From positions 1-30,877 of IMG/VR virus record IMGVR_UViG_2778261069_000012: DNA of 30,877 nt; one strand, 5' to 3'. The position numbers and the translations under genes are program-made. Source of the DNA: a virus. Taxonomy: Duplodnaviria > Heunggongvirae > Uroviricota > Caudoviricetes. Under the pieces are notes generated by a model that saw only the letters and a list, made by a program, of their open reading frames with translations, was not told where the DNA came from and made no database searches. This document shows, in pieces, positions 16,477-26,057 of this stretch (positions within the stretch are counted from its first letter, which is position 1; each line of letters opens with the position of its first letter).

Positions 16477-18906
16477 ATGACAAAACATATAGTAACAATA
16501 GAAGGGGATAATAAAGGGCTAAAGAGAAGTACCAATGAAGCCGCCGACCTTCTCGATAGTTTGTCTGAAAAGGCAAGTAATATTGATTTTGGTGGTGGCT
16601 TATCTGGTCTGACTGGATCTCTTCGTGGGATCGCTGGCTCTGCTGGTTTAGCTGCTGGTGGTATCGGCTTAGTTGCGACCGCAGTGGTTGCAGCCGCTAA
16701 AGCTGGCGCGGAATACGTTAAACAATATTCAGAAGTATCTAAGGCGACCGGACTCTCGATTGAATCCCTTCAAAGACTGGAAAAGGAATTTTCTGGTACT
16801 GGCCTAACAGTTGAAAAATTCGGTGATATCAACAAAGACACCTTAGATAAGATGGGTGATGCATGGGCTAACGGTGGTGGTATTGCTGATGACTTAGAAT
16901 CGGTTGGCCTTAAGTTAGAAAACTATGCTCACTTCATGACTGATCCGCAAGGTGGTATGAAAGCGGCGATCCAAGTGTTCTATGACATGAAGAAAGCCGG
17001 AAAATCAATGGCTGAAATCAAGTTCATGATGGAATCTTTAGCCAGTGATTCAAGCCATATGACCAGCCAGCTTGAGAAATATAATACTGCTCAAGAGGCG
17101 ATGATCGCTATTCAGAATCAATCTGTTAACGTCACCGAAGAAAACGCTAAAAAATATGATAAATTTTCTCAAAATATCAATAAGCTGGAAAATAACCTGA
17201 AAGGTGTCGGTATGACCATTTCTGGTCCGCTGGTTGATAGTTTAAACTGGTTATTTGACTGGTTTAATATTGATTGGGAAAAGAGTTCTCTATTCAGGGC
17301 ATTAGATCGACTGAATAAAGAAGGCAAGACCGCAACTGGCGGTATTCTTAACGCCAACCATAAAGACGCTCAAAAAATTATTGACAAGTACAATAAAGAA
17401 AAGCGTTGGAATAATCTGGCAGATTGGGAAAAGGCCGCGATCCGTGGTGCTGGTGTCGATCCTCGTACTGCTGGCTTTGATGTTGAAGGATTTAAGAAAC
17501 GTTTTGGTGATTCTTATAAGAAAAATGGCTCTCTGATTGTTGTCGATAACGGGGAACATCTAACCCGCAAGGCAGATCCTAACCGTGATTTGACTATACC
17601 AAATAAACCAGTAAGACCAGAATCATTGGGTAAGTCTGGTAATGAGAAGAAAGCCGAAGAAGAAGCACGCAAGAAAGCGGAAGAGGCAGCTAAAAAGGCT
17701 AAGGAAGCCGCAGAAAAAGCACAGAAAGCACGCGAGGATGCAATCAAGCGACTGAATGCACTTGATGTTAAATTGCAAGGGCAAGTTGCAGCGTCTATCA
17801 CTTCTCAAAATAGCCAGTTGCAAAACAGCTTAAAAGATGTGAACGACGCGTTAGCTCTGGGCTTAATCTCTCAGGAAGACGCAGCCGCGAAACGCCAGGC
17901 GCTAATCGATCAGAATACTGAAAACGTTTATAAAATGATGTTGGGTGCTGATCCGATTGATGCTCTGAATGCTTTAACACAATTGCAACAAATCAGGGAC
18001 AACGAGCTAGAAAGCCATAAACGGTTACTTGATGGTAAAGCTATCTCCTACGAAGAATATATGCGTCGTGTGAACGATACCGAGCAAAACTATTCTCAGA
18101 TTGAAAATTCTTTACAGGGAATGGATGGTTATAAAACCAATCAATTAACTAGTAGTTATGATTATCAAGACTCAAATAATCCGTTTGCTAAATTTAATGC
18201 AATCGATAAAGAGAAATCGGATGCTGAACAAGATTATAAGACCGATAAACTCAAGATTGATGGGATCACCGATCCGGCTAAACGGATGGAAGCATTAGAA
18301 AAACTCAATGAAAACCATCAAAAACGAATGGCTGCAATTGAGAAGAAATATGCTGATGCTCGCCAGTCAATAGCCGATGATATGTACGGCGGTTTTGCTG
18401 CTGCAATGACTCTCTTCGGGCAGGAAAACACTAAAGCTATGCAGATGGCTTTCAATGCTCATAAAGCATTCTCTATCGGACAAGCGACGGTGAACATGTG
18501 GACGGCTGCTACCGATGCATGGAACGATCCGACCAACGTCACCACAGGTCAAAAAATCGCGGCTGCTGCATTGGCTGTTTCTCAGAACATGGGGAACATC
18601 GCAAACATCAAGTCTACTAACGTTAGCGGTATGGCTCATGATGGTATTGATAACATCCCTCGTGAGGGTACATGGTTGCTTGATAAGGGTGAACGAGTAG
18701 TTGATCAGCGTACTAACGGTGATTTGAAAGACTTCCTTGCTGCTCAAAAATCAGGTGGTGGTAACTCTCAGCCGATTGAAGTTAATGCGCCTTTGAACAT
18801 TAACGGCAACGTTAATAGCTCAGACAAGATGGTCATGGATGCTATCAAACGTCACGCTAAGTTTGTTGCTCAGGCGATAGAAGACGTTCAGCGTCGTAAG
18901 ATGTAA
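16477..18906 (+). CDS. tail tape measure protein
   Basis: 809 aa; Gly/Ala-rich hydrophobic segment (GIAGSAGLAAGGIGLVATAVVAAAKAG); long coiled-coil-like regions (EKKAEEEARKKAEEAAKKAKEAAEKAQKARE); position between the chaperones and the tip genes; SD AAAGGGGTAA. Confidence 0.82.
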   Translation: MTKHIVTIEGDNKGLKRSTNEAADLLDSLSEKASNIDFGGGLSGLTGSLRGIAGSAGLAAGGIGLVATAVVAAAKAGAEYVKQYSEVSKATGLSIESLQRLEKEFSGTGLTVEKFGDINKDTLDKMGDAWANGGGIADDLESVGLKLENYAHFMTDPQGGMKAAIQVFYDMKKAGKSMAEIKFMMESLASDSSHMTSQLEKYNTAQEAMIAIQNQSVNVTEENAKKYDKFSQNINKLENNLKGVGMTISGPLVDSLNWLFDWFNIDWEKSSLFRALDRLNKEGKTATGGILNANHKDAQKIIDKYNKEKRWNNLADWEKAAIRGAGVDPRTAGFDVEGFKKRFGDSYKKNGSLIVVDNGEHLTRKADPNRDLTIPNKPVRPESLGKSGNEKKAEEEARKKAEEAAKKAKEAAEKAQKAREDAIKRLNALDVKLQGQVAASITSQNSQLQNSLKDVNDALALGLISQEDAAAKRQALIDQNTENVYKMMLGADPIDALNALTQLQQIRDNELESHKRLLDGKAISYEEYMRRVNDTEQNYSQIENSLQGMDGYKTNQLTSSYDYQDSNNPFAKFNAIDKEKSDAEQDYKTDKLKIDGITDPAKRMEALEKLNENHQKRMAAIEKKYADARQSIADDMYGGFAAAMTLFGQENTKAMQMAFNAHKAFSIGQATVNMWTAATDAWNDPTNVTTGQKIAAAALAVSQNMGNIANIKSTNVSGMAHDGIDNIPREGTWLLDKGERVVDQRTNGDLKDFLAAQKSGGGNSQPIEVNAPLNINGNVNSSDKMVMDAIKRHAKFVAQAIEDVQRRKM

Positions 18907-18912
18907 TTAAAA

Positions 18913-18955
18913 GCCCCCATAGTGATAAATAATCATAAAACTATGGGGGCTTTTC
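18913..18955 (+). terminator. long hairpin plus U4 after the tape measure gene; its 3' arm contains the SD of the next gene
   Basis: GCCCCCATAG ... CTATGGGGGC 10-bp stem with 18-nt loop, then TTTT and the ATG at 18957. Confidence 0.5.
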
Positions 18956-18956
18956 T

Positions 18957-19517
18957 ATGTTCAAATCCAAGAATATTAAAATCACAGATTTTACTCTTAA
19001 ATCAAAACAGCCTTTCTTCAAGGCGCAATCTATCTCCGGTAAGTTCCAGCGTCGCTTTACTGGCATCCATTTTTACGAAGCAGAATTTACCGCGAATTAC
19101 ATGGCTCAGGATATTAACGAAGTAAAAGAATTTGTAGCACGTCACCTTTTTGGTCGTCCTTTTAGTGTGCCACTGTCTTACTTTTCAAAATATACAGGCG
19201 ATGTACGCCAGATGGTTACGGCTGCTGCTGGTACTGCTCGCGGTGGGCGTAAGGTAAGACTCTCCAACTTCACCGGAACACTGAAAGCGGGAACTGTCAT
19301 CCAGTTTGAGAACCACAAGAAAATCTACACGATCACCGAAGACGTGAAATCAGGTGGTGAAATGAAACTCTTCCCTAACTTGCGTCAAAACGTCCTGGCT
19401 GGTGAGGTGATCAAGTATCAGAACGTAGAAGGTGAATTTGTTCTCAAAACTGAAAACATCGATTGGAAGATCGCCCAGATTGGCAAGATGAAATTCGAAT
19501 TAGTGGAGAATGTATAA
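18957..19517 (+). CDS. minor tail protein (lambda gpM-position, distal tail candidate)
   Basis: 186-aa ORF directly after the tape measure gene; assigned by position. Confidence 0.5.
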   Translation: MFKSKNIKITDFTLKSKQPFFKAQSISGKFQRRFTGIHFYEAEFTANYMAQDINEVKEFVARHLFGRPFSVPLSYFSKYTGDVRQMVTAAAGTARGGRKVRLSNFTGTLKAGTVIQFENHKKIYTITEDVKSGGEMKLFPNLRQNVLAGEVIKYQNVEGEFVLKTENIDWKIAQIGKMKFELVENV

Positions 19518-20170
19518 TGGCAACTATTCAGGAATCATTCAGCAAACTATGCACTAATCTGGACTTCATCGAGGTCTACAACGACCAGACAGGTCAGAAC
19601 GTGTCTAGATTGACGCTACCGCAGCTTTTTTCCACTGGATCGATGTTTCACATTATCGAAGTGATTACCGCGTCAGGGGACGTTCTACGGCTTACAGATG
19701 GGTACTTCGATTTGGACTATAACGGATTTACATATCTCGCAACGGGTGATTTTCTTCAAATCTCATCAAATACCGAAGAGAAGGAGATCAACAACAACGG
19801 GATTAACGTAACCGTTTCTAACGTTCGCGAGGAATACATTACCCTGATTCGAAACAAGCAATTCGATAAATCAGATGTGAAAATCGAAATGGTGTTCCTG
19901 AACCCTAACACGGGCAAGGTTGAAACAACTTACCCTGTTTTCCGTGGGGTAGTCGATTCCATCGGGATTAACATCGAACATGAAGATGATGAGTGTAAAA
20001 ACGAATCAGAATTTCAGCTTAATAGTATCTGGGAAGTTCTAGATAAAAACGCTCGTAGTCATGCCTCCGATGGTATCCACCGTTCCTATGTTGGAAACGA
20101 GAACGATCTATTCTTCTCAAGGACCGGGCGCTGGCAATCGGAAAGCAAGTGGCATTCATCGAAGAAATAA
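19517..20170 (+). CDS. minor tail protein (lambda gpL-position)
   Basis: Start at ATG 19517 (SD GGAGA; TAATG overlap with the previous stop) rather than the upstream extension at 19463; 217 aa, close to lambda gpL size. Confidence 0.5.
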   Translation: MATIQESFSKLCTNLDFIEVYNDQTGQNVSRLTLPQLFSTGSMFHIIEVITASGDVLRLTDGYFDLDYNGFTYLATGDFLQISSNTEEKEINNNGINVTVSNVREEYITLIRNKQFDKSDVKIEMVFLNPNTGKVETTYPVFRGVVDSIGINIEHEDDECKNESEFQLNSIWEVLDKNARSHASDGIHRSYVGNENDLFFSRTGRWQSESKWHSSKK

Positions 20171-20216
20171 TCCCTTCTCCCTAAGCCTAGTAAATAACAG
20201 CATGGAGGTATTCAAC

Positions 20217-20636
20217 ATGCTAAAAACTAGGCTTATCACCGATTACATCAATTCTTTAATAGGTCAGGAGTTCGTTCAAGGCGAGAATGATTGCAATATA
20301 ATTGCATGTAAGATCATCGATATTCTCGCTGGTACTGACCTATATAATTCTCTTTATAAAAAATATTCAACTAAAGAAGAAGGCTTGAAAATCTGCAAAG
20401 AATTAAGCGGATACACAAATATCCTTCAACCAATTAAGAAACATTTCAAATTAGTCACTGATGATTTACAGGACGGCGACTTACTGGTCACAGCCCACAA
20501 ATTAGGAAACCGCAAATATTATTCCGTAGTTCCTCATTATTCCGGTTATGGCCTCGTTGAAGAAGATGGTATCTGGATGACCATTCCTGTTTCAGACATT
20601 GACTATGAACAAGTTTATAGATTCGGGGGTGAATAA
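20217..20636 (+). CDS. tail tip assembly protein, gpK-like NlpC/P60-type cysteine peptidase domain
   Basis: Start at ATG 20217 (SD GGAGG 8 nt upstream); ENDC catalytic-Cys motif near the N-terminus with His residues downstream; stop overlaps the next start (TAATG). Confidence 0.5.
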   Translation: MLKTRLITDYINSLIGQEFVQGENDCNIIACKIIDILAGTDLYNSLYKKYSTKEEGLKICKELSGYTNILQPIKKHFKLVTDDLQDGDLLVTAHKLGNRKYYSVVPHYSGYGLVEEDGIWMTIPVSDIDYEQVYRFGGE

Positions 20637-23600
20637 TGGGATTTGAAATATTAGTAGGCGCGGTTATTGCTGGTGCGTCTGCTGGGATGGCTGCTGCTGC
20701 AACGTTTTCTGTTATGACCGCAGTCGCTATCGGTATGGCTGCTGGTGCAATGACCTTGATCGCTTCCACTGTAGGCGCACCAAAAACACCGAAAGTACAA
20801 AGCCCAGATAATGCGGTGACACTAGGAACATCAAACGATCCTAAGACAGTATTACCCGTTCTTTTTGGTACTACCCGCACGGGTGCAATCTGCGTTTACA
20901 AGGCAATTTCACAGCGTGAAAATAACAAGCTGGTACAAATTTTTGCTATTGCCGAAGGTGAGATCGATCACTTTAAAGCACTGCACATCGATAATAAAAA
21001 CGTTCTCATTAGCCAGAATATGACAATTCGTGATGGCATTCTCGATAAAGGAAACATTAAAGACGAATACCGCAAAGTTTTAGAAGTCGAGTTTCGCACG
21101 GGTAAAAATCCTAACACTGCATTGGATTTAGCTAAACATCATTTGGGCGCTGATTGGGATGATCGGTATCAGGGTAACGGCATTGCGACCATGTGTATTG
21201 TTTTACGTCGTGATGACAAATCTTTGGCTGCTGGTGTTGATATTCTCCAGCCTAATAGCCAGGTAGCGGTCGATGTTATGGGCTTAAAGATTCGTAACCT
21301 TGAAACCAATGCTATTGAGGCTAGCACTAACGGCGTGGACCAGATTTTCCATTATCTGACAAATACAAAGTATGGTCTTAGTGTACCGATTGAAAATATT
21401 AACGTTGATTCATTCCTGAAAGTGCGTAAACAAGTACGCCAGATGGATTTACATTCCAACGGTGCATGTGATCCGAACGCCAGCTTTAAAGAGAACTTAA
21501 CTAGCCTTATGCAGACTTTCGGCGGGGTGATGTTCGAATCCTTTGGACGTATTACGCTGAAACTGGATGCTCCTGATATTGTTAAGCATACCTTCAATGA
21601 AGACAATATCATGATGGGTAAGGTATCACTGAAAACAGGTGGCACTAACGGTTATTTCAATACCATTAACGCGATGTATCAAGAACCATCAATCGACTAT
21701 TCAGAGCAAATGCTACGTTATCCGGCTGATGCTGAAAACGATGCTACTATTCGTCAAGATGGTCGAATTATCGCTAAAGACATTGAATATCGTTTTGTTA
21801 AGTCTAAAGCCCAGATTGATAAACTAGCGAGTGTAGAACGAAATAAATCTCGTATCACTCAGGTTATCAGCTTTATGACTACTGACGCATTCACTGCCGA
21901 AGTGTGGGATGTTATTAGCGTTACCTATGATGAATTAAAACTGAATAATTCACTTTGGCGCATTACTGCAATTGATCGTTCTATTGATTCTGGTATTGCT
22001 GGGATGATGACTATCACCGCTACAGAATATAATTCTCAGGTTTATACTGACCTGAACTATGCGGCTAACCCAGATAACCGACCAAGTGGTTTACCGGATT
22101 CAATGACAGTACAGAAGCCTACTAATTTCAGAATTAAGGCAACTGGTGAAACCATCCACGGTAAAAACGTAACTTTGACATGGGATGCACCGGAAGATTT
22201 CAACCGCTACGGTTTCCAGATTGATTATCGTGTGAGTGGATCACCTAACTGGATTAAGCTGGGACAGACTTCACAGCAAATTTTCAATATCAATGCACTG
22301 GCAAAAGATCGCTCCTACGATTACCGCGTTTGTGCTTTCGGTATTATTGCTCGTTCCGAATGGGTGGAACTGGTTAACCAGAATCCTACTGTTACCTATG
22401 AATTGCCGACTCCGGTTATTCGAATCAAAAATCAGGGTAGCACGCCTGGTACTTTCGAAGGCAATGATCTGATTATCGAATGGGAAAATCAGCAACAATT
22501 AGATGTGATGATCAACGGTGAAGCTAACAAGTTTAGTGACCTGTTTGAAGCATACATTATCAAGGTAACTAACAAGGCTGGTAAGTCTATTCAGTACCGT
22601 ACCCGCGATCCTGAATCATGGACTTATACGCTTGATATGAACCAGTTTAACGGCCTTTCCCGTGAATTGACGGTAGAAGTATCAGTCAAGGGCTATAACA
22701 ACTCAGAGAGCGCCCCAGCGCGTTTAGTGGCTATCAACCCACAACATAAGCCGATGAAAGGTTTTAGTGCGCGTGGTGGCTTTAATACTGCGTTTGTTAG
22801 CTGGGCGGATGACGTAGAACATGACTATGCAGGGTCAATCATCCAGTATGCAACCGATAATACTTTCTCCGATGCAAGGGCAGTGACTACCAATAGCGTT
22901 AGTCATACTTCCTTTGATTTGGCTGACGGTGATTATTATATCCGTGGTGCTCACTATGATATTTTCGGTATGGATGATGCTGTTTGGTCTGAACCGTATT
23001 TCATGCAAATGAAATCTACCATTAGCTGGGACGATCAGGACAAAGAAGCACTGGAAGACCTGATTGGTTTACAAGATCGCTTAGATGAAACCATCGCGGA
23101 TGCTATTGCTCAAGCTGGCGCTAATGCCGATGCTAAGATTGATGCAATGCATAAACAGATTACTACCGAGACAGGGCAGACGGTCCAAGCCTCAGCCGAT
23201 ACTCTCAAGAGTCTGATTGCTACCAGTGAGCAAGCCAGCGCAACTAAGATTGATCAGGTTAAAGCTGAACTGAAAGGCGATATCACCAAAGAAGTTAGCG
23301 CATCCGCTACTACCCTGAAACAAGCAATTGCTACCAGTGAGGCAGCAAGCGCAAGTAAGATTGATCAAGTTCGGGTAGAAATGGATGGCAAGATTGCTGG
23401 TGTGAATCAGGAAGCAGATGTAAAAATCGATGCTTTGAAGGGAACCATTAACAGCAAATATAATCTGGCAGTTAATGCAGATGGTCGCGTGGCTGGTATT
23501 CATATGAGCGCAACCAATGATCCGGCAGAACCGACAAGAATCATCTTTACGGCTGATAAAATCGCGGTAGCTCCACAAGACGGATCAGAAGTTTGTCCGT

Positions 23601-24412
23601 TTGGTATCGAAGGTAACAAGGTTTATCTCGATAATGCCATGATTCGTAATGGGGCGATCGGAACAGCCCAGATCAACGATGCTAGCATCACCACGGCTAA
23701 AATCGGCACAGCCCAGATTAACGGTGCTCACATCCAGCACGCCCAGATCGGAACAGGTCATATTATTGATGGCTCTATCGATAATGCTAAAATTGGTAAC
23801 TATATCCAGTCTTATAACTGGAATGGTAACGATGGATGGTATATCGGCAAAGATGGCACTTGTCATTTTAGACACGCTAATATTCGTGGTCATTTGGTGG
23901 CTGATTCCGGCGAAATGAACAACGTAACGATTAATTCAAGTTGCCGCATTTTGGGTATGCTTGATGCTAATCAGGTGCGTGGTGACTTCGTGAAAGCTAT
24001 TGGTCGTCGATTCCCACATTGGGACGAAAACCCATCATTGGGCTATCCCGGTTATCCGCAAGGTACAATCACTGTTCGAATTGAAGATGATCACCCGTTT
24101 GATCGTCAGATTATCGTTCCGGCTATTAGCTTTGGTGGTCTTAATGCGCGTGAAGGCTCGAATAACAATACTTACTATGATAACTGTCGCTTGATTGTTC
24201 GCAAGAACGGTGCTGAATTATATAACCGTGCATATGGCAGACAGACTGGATTGTATAGTGCTGTTATTGATATGCCAGCCGGACACGGACCAGTTACGCT
24301 AACTTTTGAAGTAAGTTCAAGCGCAATCAACAACTGGACTCCCAGCACATGGATCAGCGATCTTTCTGTAATTGTTACTAAGAAAGCCGCTACGGGTATT
24401 TCTGTTTCTTAA
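20636..24412 (+). CDS. tail tip / host-specificity protein, gpJ-like, with an N-terminal gpI-C-like hydrophobic domain fused in frame
   Basis: 1258 aa; N-terminal about 95 aa (Gly/Ala-rich hydrophobic stretch, PKTPKVQSPDN, VLPVLFGTTRTGA) resembles the C-terminal half of lambda gpI; C-terminal about 150 aa (DDHPFDRQIIVP ... VIDMPAGHGPVTLTF ... ATGISVS) resembles the lambda gpJ C-terminus from memory. Confidence 0.88.
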   Translation: MGFEILVGAVIAGASAGMAAAATFSVMTAVAIGMAAGAMTLIASTVGAPKTPKVQSPDNAVTLGTSNDPKTVLPVLFGTTRTGAICVYKAISQRENNKLVQIFAIAEGEIDHFKALHIDNKNVLISQNMTIRDGILDKGNIKDEYRKVLEVEFRTGKNPNTALDLAKHHLGADWDDRYQGNGIATMCIVLRRDDKSLAAGVDILQPNSQVAVDVMGLKIRNLETNAIEASTNGVDQIFHYLTNTKYGLSVPIENINVDSFLKVRKQVRQMDLHSNGACDPNASFKENLTSLMQTFGGVMFESFGRITLKLDAPDIVKHTFNEDNIMMGKVSLKTGGTNGYFNTINAMYQEPSIDYSEQMLRYPADAENDATIRQDGRIIAKDIEYRFVKSKAQIDKLASVERNKSRITQVISFMTTDAFTAEVWDVISVTYDELKLNNSLWRITAIDRSIDSGIAGMMTITATEYNSQVYTDLNYAANPDNRPSGLPDSMTVQKPTNFRIKATGETIHGKNVTLTWDAPEDFNRYGFQIDYRVSGSPNWIKLGQTSQQIFNINALAKDRSYDYRVCAFGIIARSEWVELVNQNPTVTYELPTPVIRIKNQGSTPGTFEGNDLIIEWENQQQLDVMINGEANKFSDLFEAYIIKVTNKAGKSIQYRTRDPESWTYTLDMNQFNGLSRELTVEVSVKGYNNSESAPARLVAINPQHKPMKGFSARGGFNTAFVSWADDVEHDYAGSIIQYATDNTFSDARAVTTNSVSHTSFDLADGDYYIRGAHYDIFGMDDAVWSEPYFMQMKSTISWDDQDKEALEDLIGLQDRLDETIADAIAQAGANADAKIDAMHKQITTETGQTVQASADTLKSLIATSEQASATKIDQVKAELKGDITKEVSASATTLKQAIATSEAASASKIDQVRVEMDGKIAGVNQEADVKIDALKGTINSKYNLAVNADGRVAGIHMSATNDPAEPTRIIFTADKIAVAPQDGSEVCPFGIEGNKVYLDNAMIRNGAIGTAQINDASITTAKIGTAQINGAHIQHAQIGTGHIIDGSIDNAKIGNYIQSYNWNGNDGWYIGKDGTCHFRHANIRGHLVADSGEMNNVTINSSCRILGMLDANQVRGDFVKAIGRRFPHWDENPSLGYPGYPQGTITVRIEDDHPFDRQIIVPAISFGGLNAREGSNNNTYYDNCRLIVRKNGAELYNRAYGRQTGLYSAVIDMPAGHGPVTLTFEVSSSAINNWTPSTWISDLSVIVTKKAATGISVS
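23189..23410 (+). repeat. in-frame tandem duplication (about 111 nt / 37 aa) within the gpJ-like gene
   Basis: SADTLKSLIATSEQASATKIDQVKAELKG versus SATTLKQAIATSEAASASKIDQVRVEMDG; the nearby IGTAQIN motif also occurs twice. Confidence 0.6.
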
Positions 24413-24430
24413 AATTTAATTCTAATAATT

Positions 24431-24471
24431 AATCCCGCTTAATTCTTTTGAGTTAAGCGGGATTATTTTTA
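24431..24471 (+). terminator. rho-independent terminator after the gpJ-like gene
   Basis: AATCCCGCTTAA / TTAAGCGGGATT 12-bp stem, 10-nt loop, then ATTTTTAT. Confidence 0.8.
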
Positions 24472-24517
24472 TCTAAATAATTTTGCCATTAAACCATATA
24501 AAAATATCGGGGGCGTA

Positions 24518-24796
24518 ATGACTGAAATTATATATGGCGGTATCGGTGTTATCGCCTTAATTTGCGGTGGATTATGGAGACTTCACCGAAATCAATTAGC
24601 AACTGAAAATAGATTGTCGAAATTGGAATCCAGCGACGCATTGTTAAACCAGAAGTTTGAGACGATGCAGAATAACCATACTCAGATTGCTGAACGTGTT
24701 TACCAAATGGAACAAACACTACACGGTATAGAGAAGAAAGTGGTTGCGATGGACGCTAAGTTTGACCAAGTTCTCGACATACTCAAACAAAAATAA
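24518..24796 (+). CDS. membrane protein with N-terminal transmembrane segment and coiled-coil tail (holin-like or spanin-like candidate)
   Basis: 92 aa; hydrophobic IIYGGIGVIALICGGLW followed by a heptad-like region; position upstream of the endolysin. Confidence 0.5.
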   Translation: MTEIIYGGIGVIALICGGLWRLHRNQLATENRLSKLESSDALLNQKFETMQNNHTQIAERVYQMEQTLHGIEKKVVAMDAKFDQVLDILKQK

Positions 24797-24815
24797 TAAT
24801 AAAAGGGGTGAATAT

Positions 24816-24986
24816 ATGAAGAATAAACTTAAGAAATATTTTGGTTATCTCTTGATTGTCGCCCTCACTTATAACGTAGCAATTAGACCTCTGCTTACGT
24901 CCTTTGGGCTTGAACTCCCGGCTATGACCGTGGATGAACAATTGCTAAGGACACTGGCGGGGGTCTTTTCGTTATTAGGGGGCTAA
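24816..24986 (+). CDS. small hydrophobic protein (holin candidate)
   Basis: Start at ATG 24816 (SD AAAAGGGG) rather than the upstream extension at 24744; 56 aa with two hydrophobic stretches. Confidence 0.4.
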   Translation: MKNKLKKYFGYLLIVALTYNVAIRPLLTSFGLELPAMTVDEQLLRTLAGVFSLLGG

Positions 24987-24987
24987 C

Positions 24988-25671
24988 ATGGCAACCAGTA
25001 CCAATAAACGAAACGCTCTAAGGACTAAGAAAGCGTTACGGCAATGGTCTGAAAAGGCAACCGATACATTCGAAAGGGCACTAGGGGAAGGGGCGATCTT
25101 TGCTTCCAGAGCACTCCAGAAGAAGATTAACAAGAATGTTGATAGACCTACTCGCTGGACTCAGCAAGCTGTAGGTAATACCAACTACAAGAACCGATCA
25201 GGGACGAGACACCAAATCTTCATCAAGGGCGCAAGGGATAAGGATAAGAAGATCGGCAGTCAGGACGACTATCTGAAACACTATTTCGATGGGGGCAAAA
25301 TCAATAAGCTAGTTCCAATCGCCAACGGTAAGGTCTTAGACGCCCACGGGAACATTAAGGCCATCAAAGGCGGTAAGATGATGCGTAACCTCGAAAACGG
25401 CAACTTCATCAAGGTAGAGAACAAGGAAGGGACTTTTATCATGAAGAAGTACAAGCCTAAGAAATCCCGAACCAAACGCGCTAGGAATGGATCGGCGGTG
25501 GCAAAACGTCGCTTAGAGAAACGCATACAGAAACAGAGCAAGCGAATTGTTGCCGTTAAATCGGATAAAATTTCTACTCGTTATTCGACGCTAGGATCGT
25601 GGGAAAGCAACGAAGCAATGATGCTTGAAAACATCAATAAGCACATTAAATCGCGCATGAAATACGTTTAA
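24988..25671 (+). CDS. hypothetical highly basic (K/R-rich) protein
   Basis: 227 aa; SD AGGGGG; no motif recognised. Confidence 0.55.
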   Translation: MATSTNKRNALRTKKALRQWSEKATDTFERALGEGAIFASRALQKKINKNVDRPTRWTQQAVGNTNYKNRSGTRHQIFIKGARDKDKKIGSQDDYLKHYFDGGKINKLVPIANGKVLDAHGNIKAIKGGKMMRNLENGNFIKVENKEGTFIMKKYKPKKSRTKRARNGSAVAKRRLEKRIQKQSKRIVAVKSDKISTRYSTLGSWESNEAMMLENINKHIKSRMKYV

Positions 25672-25681
25672 TCCATAAATA

Positions 25682-25703
25682 CCCTCATAGAAACTTATGG
25701 GGG
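25682..25703 (+). promoter_or_regulatory. stem-loop that sequesters the SD of the downstream gene
   Basis: CCCTCATA-GAAACT-TATGGGGG; the GGGGG is the only SD for the ATG at 25710. Confidence 0.4.
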
Positions 25704-25709
25704 TATAAC

Positions 25710-26057
25710 ATGGCTAAAAATATTTTCACTGAATTTCCTACTTATCCGGTCGATCAGCTTTCCGGTATTTTTATTAATGGCATTAGCCCAGAATCTATGA
25801 CACATGATTTTGAGGCGAAGAGAGTTAAACATAAACAATATAAAGAATGTATCCGCGATCATGAAAAAGGGACCGTGTTTTGTGTCGCTACATTGGCTAA
25901 ACGTCCTAAATATCGTTTTCGTGTCGGACAAGAAGTTGATGTGGTTAATCCTTATAGCTTTAACTGTCTGGGCGATGCACGCGCGGTGTGTGTAGGCACT
26001 GCTCCTTATTATATCAAGGGTATGCGCTTTATTGGTTATATCTTCGAAATGATCTAA
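25710..26057 (+). CDS. hypothetical protein (115 aa)
   Basis: ORF with SD GGGGG; no motif recognised. Confidence 0.5.
   Translation: MAKNIFTEFPTYPVDQLSGIFINGISPESMTHDFEAKRVKHKQYKECIRDHEKGTVFCVATLAKRPKYRFRVGQEVDVVNPYSFNCLGDARAVCVGTAPYYIKGMRFIGYIFEMI

Noticed and set aside
17169-17980. Several 60-95 aa minus-strand ORFs inside the tape measure gene
   Set aside because: Antisense to a strongly supported gene; low-complexity translations; no start signals.
19463-20216. ORF-track upstream extensions for the L-like (19463) and K-like (20061) genes
   Set aside because: The extensions overlap the preceding genes and lack SDs; internal ATGs at 19517 and 20217 have good SDs and overlapping-stop junctions.
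24744-24815. ORF-track start at 24744 for the small hydrophobic protein
   Set aside because: It overlaps the end of the previous gene; the ATG at 24816 has an AAAAGGGG SD.
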